Source of the DNA: Marinobacter sp.
Lineage (GTDB): Bacteria; Pseudomonadota; Gammaproteobacteria; Pseudomonadales; Oleiphilaceae
Direction: 5' to 3'
NCBI GenBank assembly: GCA_041594735.1
Contig: JBFHLR010000001.1
Coordinates: forward strand, 4,291 to 68,290
DNA length: 64,000 nucleotides
The translations under genes and the position numbers were made by a program. This document shows positions 1 through 10,214 of the stretch, in pieces (position 1 is the first letter of the stretch; each line of letters starts with the position of its first letter). The notes beneath the pieces are model-generated. The model did not search any database, had not been told where the DNA came from, and worked only from the letters and a program-made list of their open reading frames with translations.

Positions 1-1
1 G

Positions 2-775
2 CTGTTGCTCTGCGTGGTGATGGTTTACCTCGCGGTGACCCGAGGCATACCTTGGGCAAGTGAGCAGCTGGCGTACCGGTTGTCCACCGAGTGGTCAGAC
101 ACCCTCGGGGCGTCGGTCCTGGAGCGACTGGACGCTTATTACTTCGCCCCGACAACGCTGCCCAAACCAGTGCAGGAGGAGTACCGACAATTGCTGGCGC
201 AGTACCTGCCTGGGCAAACCGAATTTTCCTACAGGTTGTTGTTTCGCCATGGTGATATGATTGGTGCCAACGCCTTCGCGTTACCGGACGGCACCCTGGT
301 GGTAACGGATCAGCTGGTGAAGCTGGCAGATACCCCCGATGAGGTACTGGCGGTGATGCTGCATGAGATCGGTCATGTCGAACAGCGTCATTCGTTGCGG
401 GCGTTGCTGGAGAGCAGCGGCGTGGCATTGCTGTTCATGTTGCTTACCGGTGATGCGGAGTTTGTCCAGGAGTGGGTGGTGGCGTTGCCGCCGCTGTTGT
501 TGCAGGCGAAGTTCTCCCGGGATCATGAATGGGAGGCCGATAGCTATGCCCTGGAGACGATGGTGTCCGAGGGGCTCGATCCCGAGCACTTTGCGTCGAT
601 AATGGAGAAGTTGGTGGGGCAGGGGGCGTCCAAGCCGGCCCCTTCAGAGGATGAGTCGCAAGACGACCGATCAACACCGGATTGGCTGACCTACCTTTCC
701 ACCCATCCCGCCGGCGAGCTTCGGATTCAGCGCTTCCGACAGGCTTCCGAGGCCCAACAGGGCTCCGCTCGCTGA
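2..775 (+). CDS. M48 family zinc metallopeptidase (5' end outside window)
   Basis: NAFALPDG, HEIGH (HExxH), FSRDHEWEAD and YLSTHP motifs typical of M48; the frame is open from the window edge. Confidence 0.9.
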   Translation: MLLCVVMVYLAVTRGIPWASEQLAYRLSTEWSDTLGASVLERLDAYYFAPTTLPKPVQEEYRQLLAQYLPGQTEFSYRLLFRHGDMIGANAFALPDGTLVVTDQLVKLADTPDEVLAVMLHEIGHVEQRHSLRALLESSGVALLFMLLTGDAEFVQEWVVALPPLLLQAKFSRDHEWEADSYALETMVSEGLDPEHFASIMEKLVGQGASKPAPSEDESQDDRSTPDWLTYLSTHPAGELRIQRFRQASEAQQGSAR

Positions 776-867
776 CGGCTGTCCGCAAAGACAAGGCTGC
801 CCGGTTGGACTAGTCTTAGGGCAAAGCCTCCAAGTCGGAAAGTGTCGGAGAGTGACGGAGAGCGCCT

Positions 868-1242
868 ATGTCCCTGGAACAGCTGCGTGACCAGATCTGT
901 GCCAGCCTGATGCTGCTGGCGCCCGAGCTGGAGGGCTCGGCCGTTTTGGTGGATGAGTGTCTCGCCAGTGCCCGGCAAACCTTTCGTGACGGCGTCATAA
1001 CCCAATTCAGTCCCGAAGCCTGGGCGCGAATCACGTTGATTTACCACAAGCATTTTCTCGATACCGGGTGTGACGTCGCTGTGGCGGACATTGTTGTCGA
1101 GGTGATCCGGGATGCCATCAACACCAGCCGACTGGACATGCTGACTCTGAAACTAGCCCAGGATCGACGCTACCAGCAAAAACAGAACAAGCCGGTACCG
1201 TCTTTGACGATAGTCAGGGATTCCGGGTCCAGCGATCACTGA
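868..1242 (+). CDS. hypothetical protein (124 aa)
   Basis: ATG preceded by GGAGAG; host-like codon usage; no recognisable family. Confidence 0.7.
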   Translation: MSLEQLRDQICASLMLLAPELEGSAVLVDECLASARQTFRDGVITQFSPEAWARITLIYHKHFLDTGCDVAVADIVVEVIRDAINTSRLDMLTLKLAQDRRYQQKQNKPVPSLTIVRDSGSSDH

Positions 1243-1261
1243 TGCAGATATCGGCCAGGAC

Positions 1262-2173
1262 CTATTCATTGCTGATGCCGTTATGAAACTCAACAAAATG
1301 CCGGGTGACCAGCTCCGGAGCTTCCACCTGGGGGTAGTGGCCGATGCCCGGCAGCAGCGTGACATCGGGATCGGCAATTAACTGACGGTACCGTTCCGCC
1401 ATGTGTTCACCGGAAATCGGATCTAGGGGGCCGTTGATCAGCTTCACGGGTACCTTGGTGTCCAGTAAGGCGCCGACCCAGCGTTCACGAAACTGTTGTC
1501 GTTGCGGCATGTAATGAATCAGCTTGTGCATGATGCCCACACCGTCATTGCAAGTGATCAATTCCCAGAACACGTCCACTTCTTCCGCGCTGGGTGGGGT
1601 ATCGGGACCAAAGATGCTGGCCAGACTGCCGGCAAGCTTGCGTTTACTGGAGAGGCGGGCGATCAGGAAACCGACGGGGGAGAGCAACAGTTTTTGTAGC
1701 AGCAATGGCTGGTGGGTTTCGGGGAACAGTCCGCCATTGAGCAGGCAGGCGCTCAGCACCTTCAAGGGGGGCTCGTTAGGAGCGTCGCCCTGCCTCCGTT
1801 CGAGATTCCGGGCAATCAGCTCCTGAGCTACGGTGTCGCCATAGTCATGGGCCAGAATGTGGTACTCGCTGACCTGTTGATCCCGCAGCCAGGTTTCGAT
1901 GAGTGACGCCTGGTCATGAATGAGGTAGCTGAAGTTCCTGGGTTTGGCGGAGTCGCCAAAGCCAATCATGTCGACGGCGTACAACGAGAACCTGGATTCT
2001 AGCCTGGGCCAGATTTTGCACCAGTCCCAGGACGATGTCGGGAACCCGTGGATCAATACCACGGCGGGTCCATCCGGATTGCCGCCGGTACGGGTGAATA
2101 TCGGCATGCCTTCAAAATGAAAGGTGCTACCCGCTTGCCGCCATGTTTCCAAATCGATCATACGTTGGGCCAT
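1262..2173 (-). CDS. alpha/beta hydrolase, epoxide hydrolase/MEST-like
   Basis: HGFPTSSWDW, HDYG nucleophile elbow, GHYPQVE catalytic His. Confidence 0.9.
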   Translation of the reverse strand: MAQRMIDLETWRQAGSTFHFEGMPIFTRTGGNPDGPAVVLIHGFPTSSWDWCKIWPRLESRFSLYAVDMIGFGDSAKPRNFSYLIHDQASLIETWLRDQQVSEYHILAHDYGDTVAQELIARNLERRQGDAPNEPPLKVLSACLLNGGLFPETHQPLLLQKLLLSPVGFLIARLSSKRKLAGSLASIFGPDTPPSAEEVDVFWELITCNDGVGIMHKLIHYMPQRQQFRERWVGALLDTKVPVKLINGPLDPISGEHMAERYRQLIADPDVTLLPGIGHYPQVEAPELVTRHFVEFHNGISNE

Positions 2174-2395
2174 CGTTGCTGCATTGATGTGTTGATACGT
2201 TGCTACCAGGGAGCCTCTGCTTAACTCCGGCTCGATCTGAAGGCTGCAGATGCCAAGCGCGGCCTGGAGTTAACCAAAGGCCCCCTAAAGGTAGCTTATT
2301 TTCCGCCGTTGGAACTCGTCAATTGCTGTAGCCGCTCGTTTATCCTCCATGCAATTGCTATGGTTGTTCAGCCAATTGAAAAAAGGATACCAAGT

Positions 2396-3001
2396 GTGAG
2401 CTGGATGCAATTCACTCTCGAGGCGATGGACCGGCTGATCTGGCCTTTGGCCGTTCTGGCGACGCTGTTGCTGATGCGCAGGCCCATGGCACAGCTGATT
2501 CCATTGGCCAAGCGCTTCAAATTTCAGAGCCTGGAAGTGGAGTTCCAGCAGGAACTCCGGGCGGCCTCGCTCAAGGCCAAGACGGCGTTCCCTGAACTGA
2601 TCGCCGACCGCAAGTGCCTACTGCTCTCCAGCGCCGATCACTTGCCCAACGCCTCGCTGCTCGAGGCCTGGCAGGCGGTGGACGAGGCGGCAGCGGTGGT
2701 GGTCAAGCAACGGAAATTGAACGTGGATTTGAGCTCCGAGACCCGATACAAGGACATCGAATCGGTATTGGTGGAACAGGGACTGCTCGATACCCGCAAA
2801 GGCAAGTTGTTCAACGAACTGCGCCAGTTGCGAAACAAAGTGGCCCACGCCCGTGGCTTTGTGGTGGGCAAGGCGGCCGCCATGCAATACATCGAATTAT
2901 GCTTTCGCCTGGTGGATCACCTGGAGCGGCTGCAGGCCGAGGGTATTGCCAAGGGTGAAGAGCGTAAGGAGGGCGCGGGTGACACCGCCGGAGTCGTTTG
3001 A
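2396..3001 (+). CDS. membrane-anchored protein with C-terminal HEPN-like RNxxxH motif
   Basis: GTG at 2396 follows AAAGGA; N-terminal hydrophobic helix (LIWPLAVLATLLLM); LRNKVAH at 2828-2848. Confidence 0.7.
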   Translation: MSWMQFTLEAMDRLIWPLAVLATLLLMRRPMAQLIPLAKRFKFQSLEVEFQQELRAASLKAKTAFPELIADRKCLLLSSADHLPNASLLEAWQAVDEAAAVVVKQRKLNVDLSSETRYKDIESVLVEQGLLDTRKGKLFNELRQLRNKVAHARGFVVGKAAAMQYIELCFRLVDHLERLQAEGIAKGEERKEGAGDTAGVV

Positions 3002-3578
3002 CGAGCTGTTGGCGCGGGTAAGGCGTTGCACCCTCTGCGCCGCCGAATTGCCCTACGAGCCCAGGCCGGTGATCCAGGCCAGTGAATCTTCCCGCATTCT
3101 GGTGGTGGGCCAGGCGCCTGGCCGGCGCGTTCACGAGACCGGTTTGCCATTTAACGACCCCAGTGGCGATCGCCTCAGGGACTGGATGGGCATCAGCCGC
3201 GACACCTTCTACAATGCTCGCCAGCTGGCGATACTGCCGATGGGATTTTGCTATCCGGGCACTGGTCGCTCGGGCGATCTTCCGCCTCGCCCGGAGTGCG
3301 CGCCTGCCTGGCGGGAACTGCTGTTGAGCCGGTTACTCAATATTCGCCTGACCCTGGTTATTGGTCAGTATGCCCACGCCTACCACCTTCCTGGCCCCAA
3401 GCGTTCGGTGACCGAGGCGGTTCGCCACTGGGCCGACTATTGGCCGGAACTGGTGCCGCTGCCGCACCCCAGTCCCCGGAACAATCTGTGGTTACGGCGT
3501 AATCCATGGTTTGAAGCAGAGGTGGTGCCGGCGCTTCGTCAGCAGGTGGCTCAGGTACTGGCGCTGCCGGAAGCTTGA
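2979..3578 (+). CDS. uracil-DNA glycosylase family protein (family 4-like)
   Basis: CTLC, GQAPG, MGFCYPG, PEC and PHPSPRN motifs; GTG at 2979 follows AAGGAGG. Confidence 0.88.
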   Translation: MTPPESFDELLARVRRCTLCAAELPYEPRPVIQASESSRILVVGQAPGRRVHETGLPFNDPSGDRLRDWMGISRDTFYNARQLAILPMGFCYPGTGRSGDLPPRPECAPAWRELLLSRLLNIRLTLVIGQYAHAYHLPGPKRSVTEAVRHWADYWPELVPLPHPSPRNNLWLRRNPWFEAEVVPALRQQVAQVLALPEA

Positions 3579-4465
3579 GTCGGTGCCCCAGCAACCTTGG
3601 CCATCAGGTATTCCACCAGCATGCGAACCTTGCTGGATTGGTGGCGCAAATGGGGGGACACCGCCCAAATGCCTTCTTCCGGCTCTCGGTAGGGCTCCAG
3701 CATCGAAATCAGGCGACCGGCCAGCAGATGTGTCTCCACGTAATAGTCGGGCAGCTGGACCAGTCCGATTCCCTTGAGCGCGGCATCCGTCAGGGTCTTG
3801 CCGGAGTTGCAGTGAAGTCGGCCATGGACACGGATGATGCGCTCCCGACCCTGATCCCGAAACCGCCAGAAGTCGTTCGATCCCACCAGGCAGTTGTGGC
3901 GGTCCAATTCCGACAGGCTGTGGGGGCGACCATGGGTGCGAATGTAGTCCGGTGATCCACACACATGCAGTGTGCGGGTGGCCAGCTTGCGGGCCACCAG
4001 TGATGAGTCCTGGAGCTTGCCCAGCCGTATGGCCAGATCAAATCCGCCGTCTACCAGATCCACGGTCCGGTTGGTCAGGTCCATGTGAATCGACAATTCC
4101 GGGTAACGGGCCATGAAGGCGTTGACCAGTGGTGCGATCACCTCTTCGCCGTAGGTCACCGGCGCAGTCAGCTTGATACTTCCCCGGGGCGTGTTATGGA
4201 GGCTGGTGACCGCTCGTTCGGCCTCTTGCAGTCCATCCAGCGCCGAACGGCAACGTGGGTAGTAGAGATTGCCCACTTCGGTAAGAGAGACCTTGCGAGT
4301 GGTGCGGTGGAACAGTTTGCAGGCTAACCGTTCCTCCAGGTTGCGAACCTGACGGCTGACATGGGCGGTTGATGTCCCTAGCCGTTTGCCGGCCTGAGTG
4401 AAGCTCTCGGTTTCAGCGACGGCGACGAATTCGGAGACGCCTTCCCACGGATTTATTGTTGCCAT
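3551..4465 (-). CDS. LysR family regulator, divergent from frmA
   Basis: N-terminal HTH (SFTQAGKRLG...LEERL...LFHRTTRKVSLTE) and CrgA-like substrate domain. Confidence 0.92.
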   Translation of the reverse strand: MATINPWEGVSEFVAVAETESFTQAGKRLGTSTAHVSRQVRNLEERLACKLFHRTTRKVSLTEVGNLYYPRCRSALDGLQEAERAVTSLHNTPRGSIKLTAPVTYGEEVIAPLVNAFMARYPELSIHMDLTNRTVDLVDGGFDLAIRLGKLQDSSLVARKLATRTLHVCGSPDYIRTHGRPHSLSELDRHNCLVGSNDFWRFRDQGRERIIRVHGRLHCNSGKTLTDAALKGIGLVQLPDYYVETHLLAGRLISMLEPYREPEEGIWAVSPHLRHQSSKVRMLVEYLMAKVAGAPTQASGSAST

Positions 4466-4581
4466 GCAGTAAAAGTCATTTTCAAAAAGATCATATTATC
4501 ACCAGTTAAGGAGTAAATATAATGACGTCTACCGTAACCAGCCGGCGAATCCCGTCGGTTCAATTACACTTCAAAGATTGA

Positions 4582-5736
<1,155 letters not shown>

Positions 5737-5790
5737 TATGACACAGGGCGAGGGGCGGTTACGGCCACCCTCGGCCCCGGAGACCTGACA

Positions 5791-6654
5791 ATGAAGGATG
5801 AAATCACAACGCACGTTGAATGCATCAGCGAAAACAAGAGCTTCGGCGGCTGGCACAAACAATACCAACACCACTCGTCGGTGTTGAACTGCACCATGCG
5901 ATTTGCGCTCTACTTGCCCCCCGACGCCATGTTGGGGGAGAAAGTACCGGTGCTGTACTGGCTCTCTGGTCTGACCTGTACTGACGAGAATTTCATGCAG
6001 AAAGCGGGTGCCCAGCGCCTGGCTGCAGAGTTGGGGATGGCTATTGTGGCACCGGACACCAGCCCTCGTGGCGAGGGAGTTCCGGACGATCCCGAGCAGG
6101 CCTATGACCTGGGGTTGGGGGCGGGCTTTTATATCAATGCTACCGAGGCACCCTGGCGTGAGCACTATCGCATGTACGACTACGTGATAGCGGAATTGCC
6201 GGCCTTGATCGAATCCCACTTTCCCGTCAGCCATCACCGCGCCATCAGTGGTCACTCCATGGGTGGCCACGGTGCCCTGGTCGTCGCCTTGCGTAATCCT
6301 GAGCGTTATGCCTCGGTGTCTGCGTTCAGTCCGATCAGTCATCCGGTGAACAGTCCCTGGGGGCAGAAAGCTTTTGAAGCCTACCTGGGTAAGGATCGCG
6401 GGACCTGGGAAAACTATGATGCCAGCGTGTTGCTCGGCACTGTCGAGCAGCCGGTTCCGGCGTTGGTGGACCAGGGCCTGGCCGACCAGTTTCTGGAGCG
6501 GGAGTTGCAGCCGCAGGCGCTCGAATCGGCTGCGGTTGCCAGTCGATACCCGCTCACGCTGAGGCTGCACGAAGGCTACGACCACAGCTATTACTTTATT
6601 GCCAGCTTCATTGAAGACCACCTGCGGTTTCATGCCGAGCATCTGGGGATTTGA
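5791..6654 (+). CDS. fghA: S-formylglutathione hydrolase
   Basis: WLSGLTC, PDTSPRG, GHSMGGHG and GYDHSYYF motifs; directly follows frmA. Confidence 0.96.
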   Translation: MKDEITTHVECISENKSFGGWHKQYQHHSSVLNCTMRFALYLPPDAMLGEKVPVLYWLSGLTCTDENFMQKAGAQRLAAELGMAIVAPDTSPRGEGVPDDPEQAYDLGLGAGFYINATEAPWREHYRMYDYVIAELPALIESHFPVSHHRAISGHSMGGHGALVVALRNPERYASVSAFSPISHPVNSPWGQKAFEAYLGKDRGTWENYDASVLLGTVEQPVPALVDQGLADQFLERELQPQALESAAVASRYPLTLRLHEGYDHSYYFIASFIEDHLRFHAEHLGI

Positions 6655-7145
6655 TGGACACTAGTCTGACCCTCATTGCCATCCGCTCCTATCGGGCGTC
6701 CGATCTAGAGCCTTTGATGGCTCTGTTTTCGGCATCGGTGTCCGGCCTGGCTTCGGCACACTACGATGACCGGCAAATACGGGCCTGGCAGTCCGCCGCT
6801 GGGGAACGTCGGGATTGGCGGTCCCGTTTATCCAGGGGGATGACCCTGGTGGCCGAGGCGGATGGGGCGATAGCAGGTTTCATCACGTTCTCATCAAGCG
6901 GACATATCGATCTGCTGTTCATACAACCTGACAACGCCCGTTGTGGCGTTGCCTCTCTACTATACCGGCGGGCAGAAGAGCTTTTGCGAGACCGAGGTAT
7001 TGCCTGCATTGACACCGAGGCAAGCCAGATTGCACGGCCCTTTTTTACCGCTATGGGATTTGAGGAGGTTGCAACAGAGTTGGTTGAGATTGCAGGCGTT
7101 ACTCTGACCCGATGCCGAATGCGGAGAATAATTGCCTCGCTGTGA
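6654..7145 (+). CDS. GNAT N-acetyltransferase (YafP-like)
   Basis: GHIDLLF...RCGVASLL acetyl-CoA motif A and EASQIARPFF...GF; TGATG overlap with fghA. Confidence 0.85.
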   Translation: MDTSLTLIAIRSYRASDLEPLMALFSASVSGLASAHYDDRQIRAWQSAAGERRDWRSRLSRGMTLVAEADGAIAGFITFSSSGHIDLLFIQPDNARCGVASLLYRRAEELLRDRGIACIDTEASQIARPFFTAMGFEEVATELVEIAGVTLTRCRMRRIIASL

Positions 7146-7280
7146 GGTGCATGTTGTAAGTCCGCTGGGGCGAATCTAAACTCCTTAATTGGACAGCGAT
7201 TCCAGCGCGTGTAGTATCGCGCCGAAATGCACGGCAGCTGAGTGTCTGCCGTGTCCATACAAGGGAATTGTACGCCCCCC

Positions 7281-8375
7281 ATGACATCCAAGGATTACAG
7301 CGTTCAAATTATACGCTCCCGGCAAGAGCTGGTGGCATTGAAAGCGGATTGGGACCAGCTATTTGGCCAGTTGGCGGAACCGGCGTTTTACCATGACTGG
7401 CGTTGGCATGACTGTGTGAGTCGGCGGTTGTTCTCGGATATTTCCTTCTACTGCCTCCGCCATCGGGAGGAATTGGTCGCCGTTGTGCCGCTACGGCCCA
7501 AGCAGACAGGACGGTCATTGCAGCTCCCAGTCAGCAAACAGACAGACATTGCCGATATTCTGCTGCATCCGGAACACTGTAACGCGGCTTTGTTGCAGAC
7601 CCTGTTTCGGGCGGTAACGGCTCAAGTTGGCCGCTGGCACCATCTGGTGTTTGAACGGGTACCGCAAGGCTCTGCCGCCTTTCGCCTGGCGCAACTGCAT
7701 CGACGATCAACGCATACGGATCTGATGTCAAAGAGCAGTTTCTTCCAAACCCAGTCTCTTGGGGATCTCAGGTCCCTTTCGAAAAAGCATTTGAAGAACG
7801 TCGATCGCATACAGCGTAAACTGGTTCGGGATACCGGCGGCCTGCAGTTCGAACACCGGCGATCGGACACCCAGAGCGTTGAAGATTTCTTGCACATTGA
7901 GCACAGCGGTTGGAAAGGGCGTCAGGGTAAGTGTTCGAGCATTCTTTCCGATCCGAACGTGACCGGGTTTTATCGGGACGTTGCCCAGTCGTTCGCAGAA
8001 ACCGATCAGCTGTGCCTGAGCTTTGCCAGCGTCAACCAAAAGCGGATCTCAGGTCAGTTTGGCATCCTTACTGGTCAGCGGCAGGCGTTATTGAAACTGT
8101 CGTATTTACCAGAATACAGAAACTATGCACCCGGTAACCTGCTGCTGAACGACACACTTAAGACAGCCGCCCGGGATCTTCACGTAGAAGAACTTAATCT
8201 GCTAACCGGGCCCCCTTGGGCGGATCGCTGGCACCCCAACTCCACTGAGGTGTACCTGCTCTCGCTGTTCAATAGCACCCTGGGTGGCTGGTTCGGTTAT
8301 GGCTACCTCCGGCTGAAGGATGTCTTGCGGCCGTTCAAGCAACGGGTGATGAAAAGGAGTTCAAAGTGCGGGTGA
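7281..8375 (+). CDS. GNAT family acyltransferase, CelD/BcsL (Acetyltransf_6) type
   Basis: Two-domain FemAB-like layout with W..L, FL.IE.SGWKG, and LKLSY.PEY..YAPGNLL motifs. Confidence 0.8.
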   Translation: MTSKDYSVQIIRSRQELVALKADWDQLFGQLAEPAFYHDWRWHDCVSRRLFSDISFYCLRHREELVAVVPLRPKQTGRSLQLPVSKQTDIADILLHPEHCNAALLQTLFRAVTAQVGRWHHLVFERVPQGSAAFRLAQLHRRSTHTDLMSKSSFFQTQSLGDLRSLSKKHLKNVDRIQRKLVRDTGGLQFEHRRSDTQSVEDFLHIEHSGWKGRQGKCSSILSDPNVTGFYRDVAQSFAETDQLCLSFASVNQKRISGQFGILTGQRQALLKLSYLPEYRNYAPGNLLLNDTLKTAARDLHVEELNLLTGPPWADRWHPNSTEVYLLSLFNSTLGGWFGYGYLRLKDVLRPFKQRVMKRSSKCG

Positions 8376-8740
8376 TTTACCTCCAAATATCCAGGTTTCT
8401 GGCCGCCGTTGCAGTTGCCGCTGCCATTTACCTGACCGGTCTGTTTATCGGGGACTGGCTGCTGGGGAGTCGGGAGCTATGGTATCAATGGCAATTTGAT
8501 TCAAAGCGTCAGCTTGTGCTGCAGCTTGCTGAACACGTCGGGATTGCGGGAGGCGCTATCCTGATCGGCTTGCTCTGCTCGCTGTTACTCTACCGCTATA
8601 ATCGATACGCCGGGCGTTTGACCCTGATCGTTGCGATCGCGGGCTTTTCTTATCTGGCGGGATGGAACTGGCAGCTCGGGCTGCTGTGGACACTCGCGCT
8701 GGTCGCTGCGCTGGCTGTCTCTCGGGGGGCTCAGTTTTGA
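8366..8740 (+). CDS. small integral membrane protein (about 4 TM)
   Basis: GTG after AAGGAG; four hydrophobic segments; overlaps both neighbours. Confidence 0.7.
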   Translation: MRVIYLQISRFLAAVAVAAAIYLTGLFIGDWLLGSRELWYQWQFDSKRQLVLQLAEHVGIAGGAILIGLLCSLLLYRYNRYAGRLTLIVAIAGFSYLAGWNWQLGLLWTLALVAALAVSRGAQF

Positions 8741-10194
8741 AGTTTGCAATCACGATGACTTTGACGGCCAATCTAGCCTCGGCCATGCCGGCATTTGCCA
8801 AAGACTATTCATTGCTGTTTGGTGGTGGCCCGAGTCCGGAGCGGACGGAGTTTTCCATTGAATCCAACGTGTTGTGGTTCGACGAATTATTTGCGCAGGC
8901 CGGTTTCGATGGCGCGACCACATTATTTGGTAGCGCGGGACGTAACGCCAAGGAAATAACTTACCTGGCGCCAGTTGATTCCTTGGAGCCATACGCTGCC
9001 TTGGCCTTGGTGTTTGATAGTGCCGAGGTAAACAGTCGCCGGTTTCGGGCCAGCGAGGTTCGCACCGAGATTGCCGTACCTCTCACGCGTCATGGTTTGG
9101 CGAGCCAGCTCCAGCGCCATGTCGGGCTGCTGGAAAAAGGTGATAGCCTGTTATTGACGTACAGTGGCCACGGCGGAAGAGGGCAACGTCCCCAGGACAA
9201 CTTTCTGTTCCTTTGGGACAATACCGAGATGTCCGTGGATGAGATGCAGCTTAGTCTCCTTGAGGCCGACCATGGCGCAACGATCCGCTTCGTGTTGCCC
9301 CAATGTTTCTCCGGCGCTTTCAGTCGGCTGCCTTTCAGGAATATGAATCCGCAGGAAGGCGTGATCAAGGGCCCGGAAATCTGCGGTTTTACCTCGGTGA
9401 GCGACGATCAGTTGTCCGAAGGCTGTACCGCCAGCGTGAACTCCGAAGACTTTCGGGACTATGCGTCTTTTTTTTACGGCGCGATTTCCGGCTCGGATCG
9501 CATGGGGCGGCCTCTTGAGGGTGATGCCGATACGGACGCCAGTGGCCGAGTGTCCCTGCGCGAGGCTCACCTTTACACCTTGGCGCACGTTGTCAGTACC
9601 GACATACCACGATCAACCAGTGAAGAATATTTGTTGGCCATGGAGCCGTGGTCCCAGCGCTGGGCGTCGTATCGATCGGCATCGGCTGACAATGAGTTTA
9701 TCGACGTGGCCGAGCAGCTCGCCCATGATTTCGAAAACCGAGTCAACGAGCATGCGTTCCTGAAGGAAGCCAACAAGCGACTGCAGTTGCAGACTTTGAG
9801 CCTCGTTACGGCCGAACAGGAGCTCGTCCAAACCCGCGATGAGATTCACAACCTTCAGAACCAGATCAGGCAACAGCTGTTTATGCGGTGGCCGGAACTG
9901 TCTGCGCCATACACCGAATCCTACCATCGTACCGTCAGCTCCGAATTGGGGGGCATTGAAACGTGGTTGCGCCAGCGCCAGGATTTTTCTGAGCTGGCTG
10001 GCGCTCAGCAACGTTATGGTCAACAAGTGCTTGAGCTGATTGAGCAGCAACGACAGTTGGCGAGGCTGCAACGGATTCAGCGACTGCTCAAGCTGGGACG
10101 CCTGCATGAGTACCTGATTCATGAAGGTGACGTGCAGGTGCGCCAGGACTACCTCGCACTTAGAGCCTGCGAAGACTGGGAATTACCACAGTGA
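8737..10194 (+). CDS. exported clan CD (caspase/legumain-fold) cysteine peptidase-like protein with EF-hand and coiled-coil tail
   Basis: TTG start in a TTGA overlap gives signal-like MKFAIT...AFA; LLLTYSGHGG (His 9169) and FVLPQCFSG (Cys 9304) dyad; DTDASGRVSLRE EF-hand loop. Confidence 0.75.
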   Translation: MKFAITMTLTANLASAMPAFAKDYSLLFGGGPSPERTEFSIESNVLWFDELFAQAGFDGATTLFGSAGRNAKEITYLAPVDSLEPYAALALVFDSAEVNSRRFRASEVRTEIAVPLTRHGLASQLQRHVGLLEKGDSLLLTYSGHGGRGQRPQDNFLFLWDNTEMSVDEMQLSLLEADHGATIRFVLPQCFSGAFSRLPFRNMNPQEGVIKGPEICGFTSVSDDQLSEGCTASVNSEDFRDYASFFYGAISGSDRMGRPLEGDADTDASGRVSLREAHLYTLAHVVSTDIPRSTSEEYLLAMEPWSQRWASYRSASADNEFIDVAEQLAHDFENRVNEHAFLKEANKRLQLQTLSLVTAEQELVQTRDEIHNLQNQIRQQLFMRWPELSAPYTESYHRTVSSELGGIETWLRQRQDFSELAGAQQRYGQQVLELIEQQRQLARLQRIQRLLKLGRLHEYLIHEGDVQVRQDYLALRACEDWELPQ

Positions 10195-10214
10195 CCCTGA
10201 GCCGCCCTCCCGAG

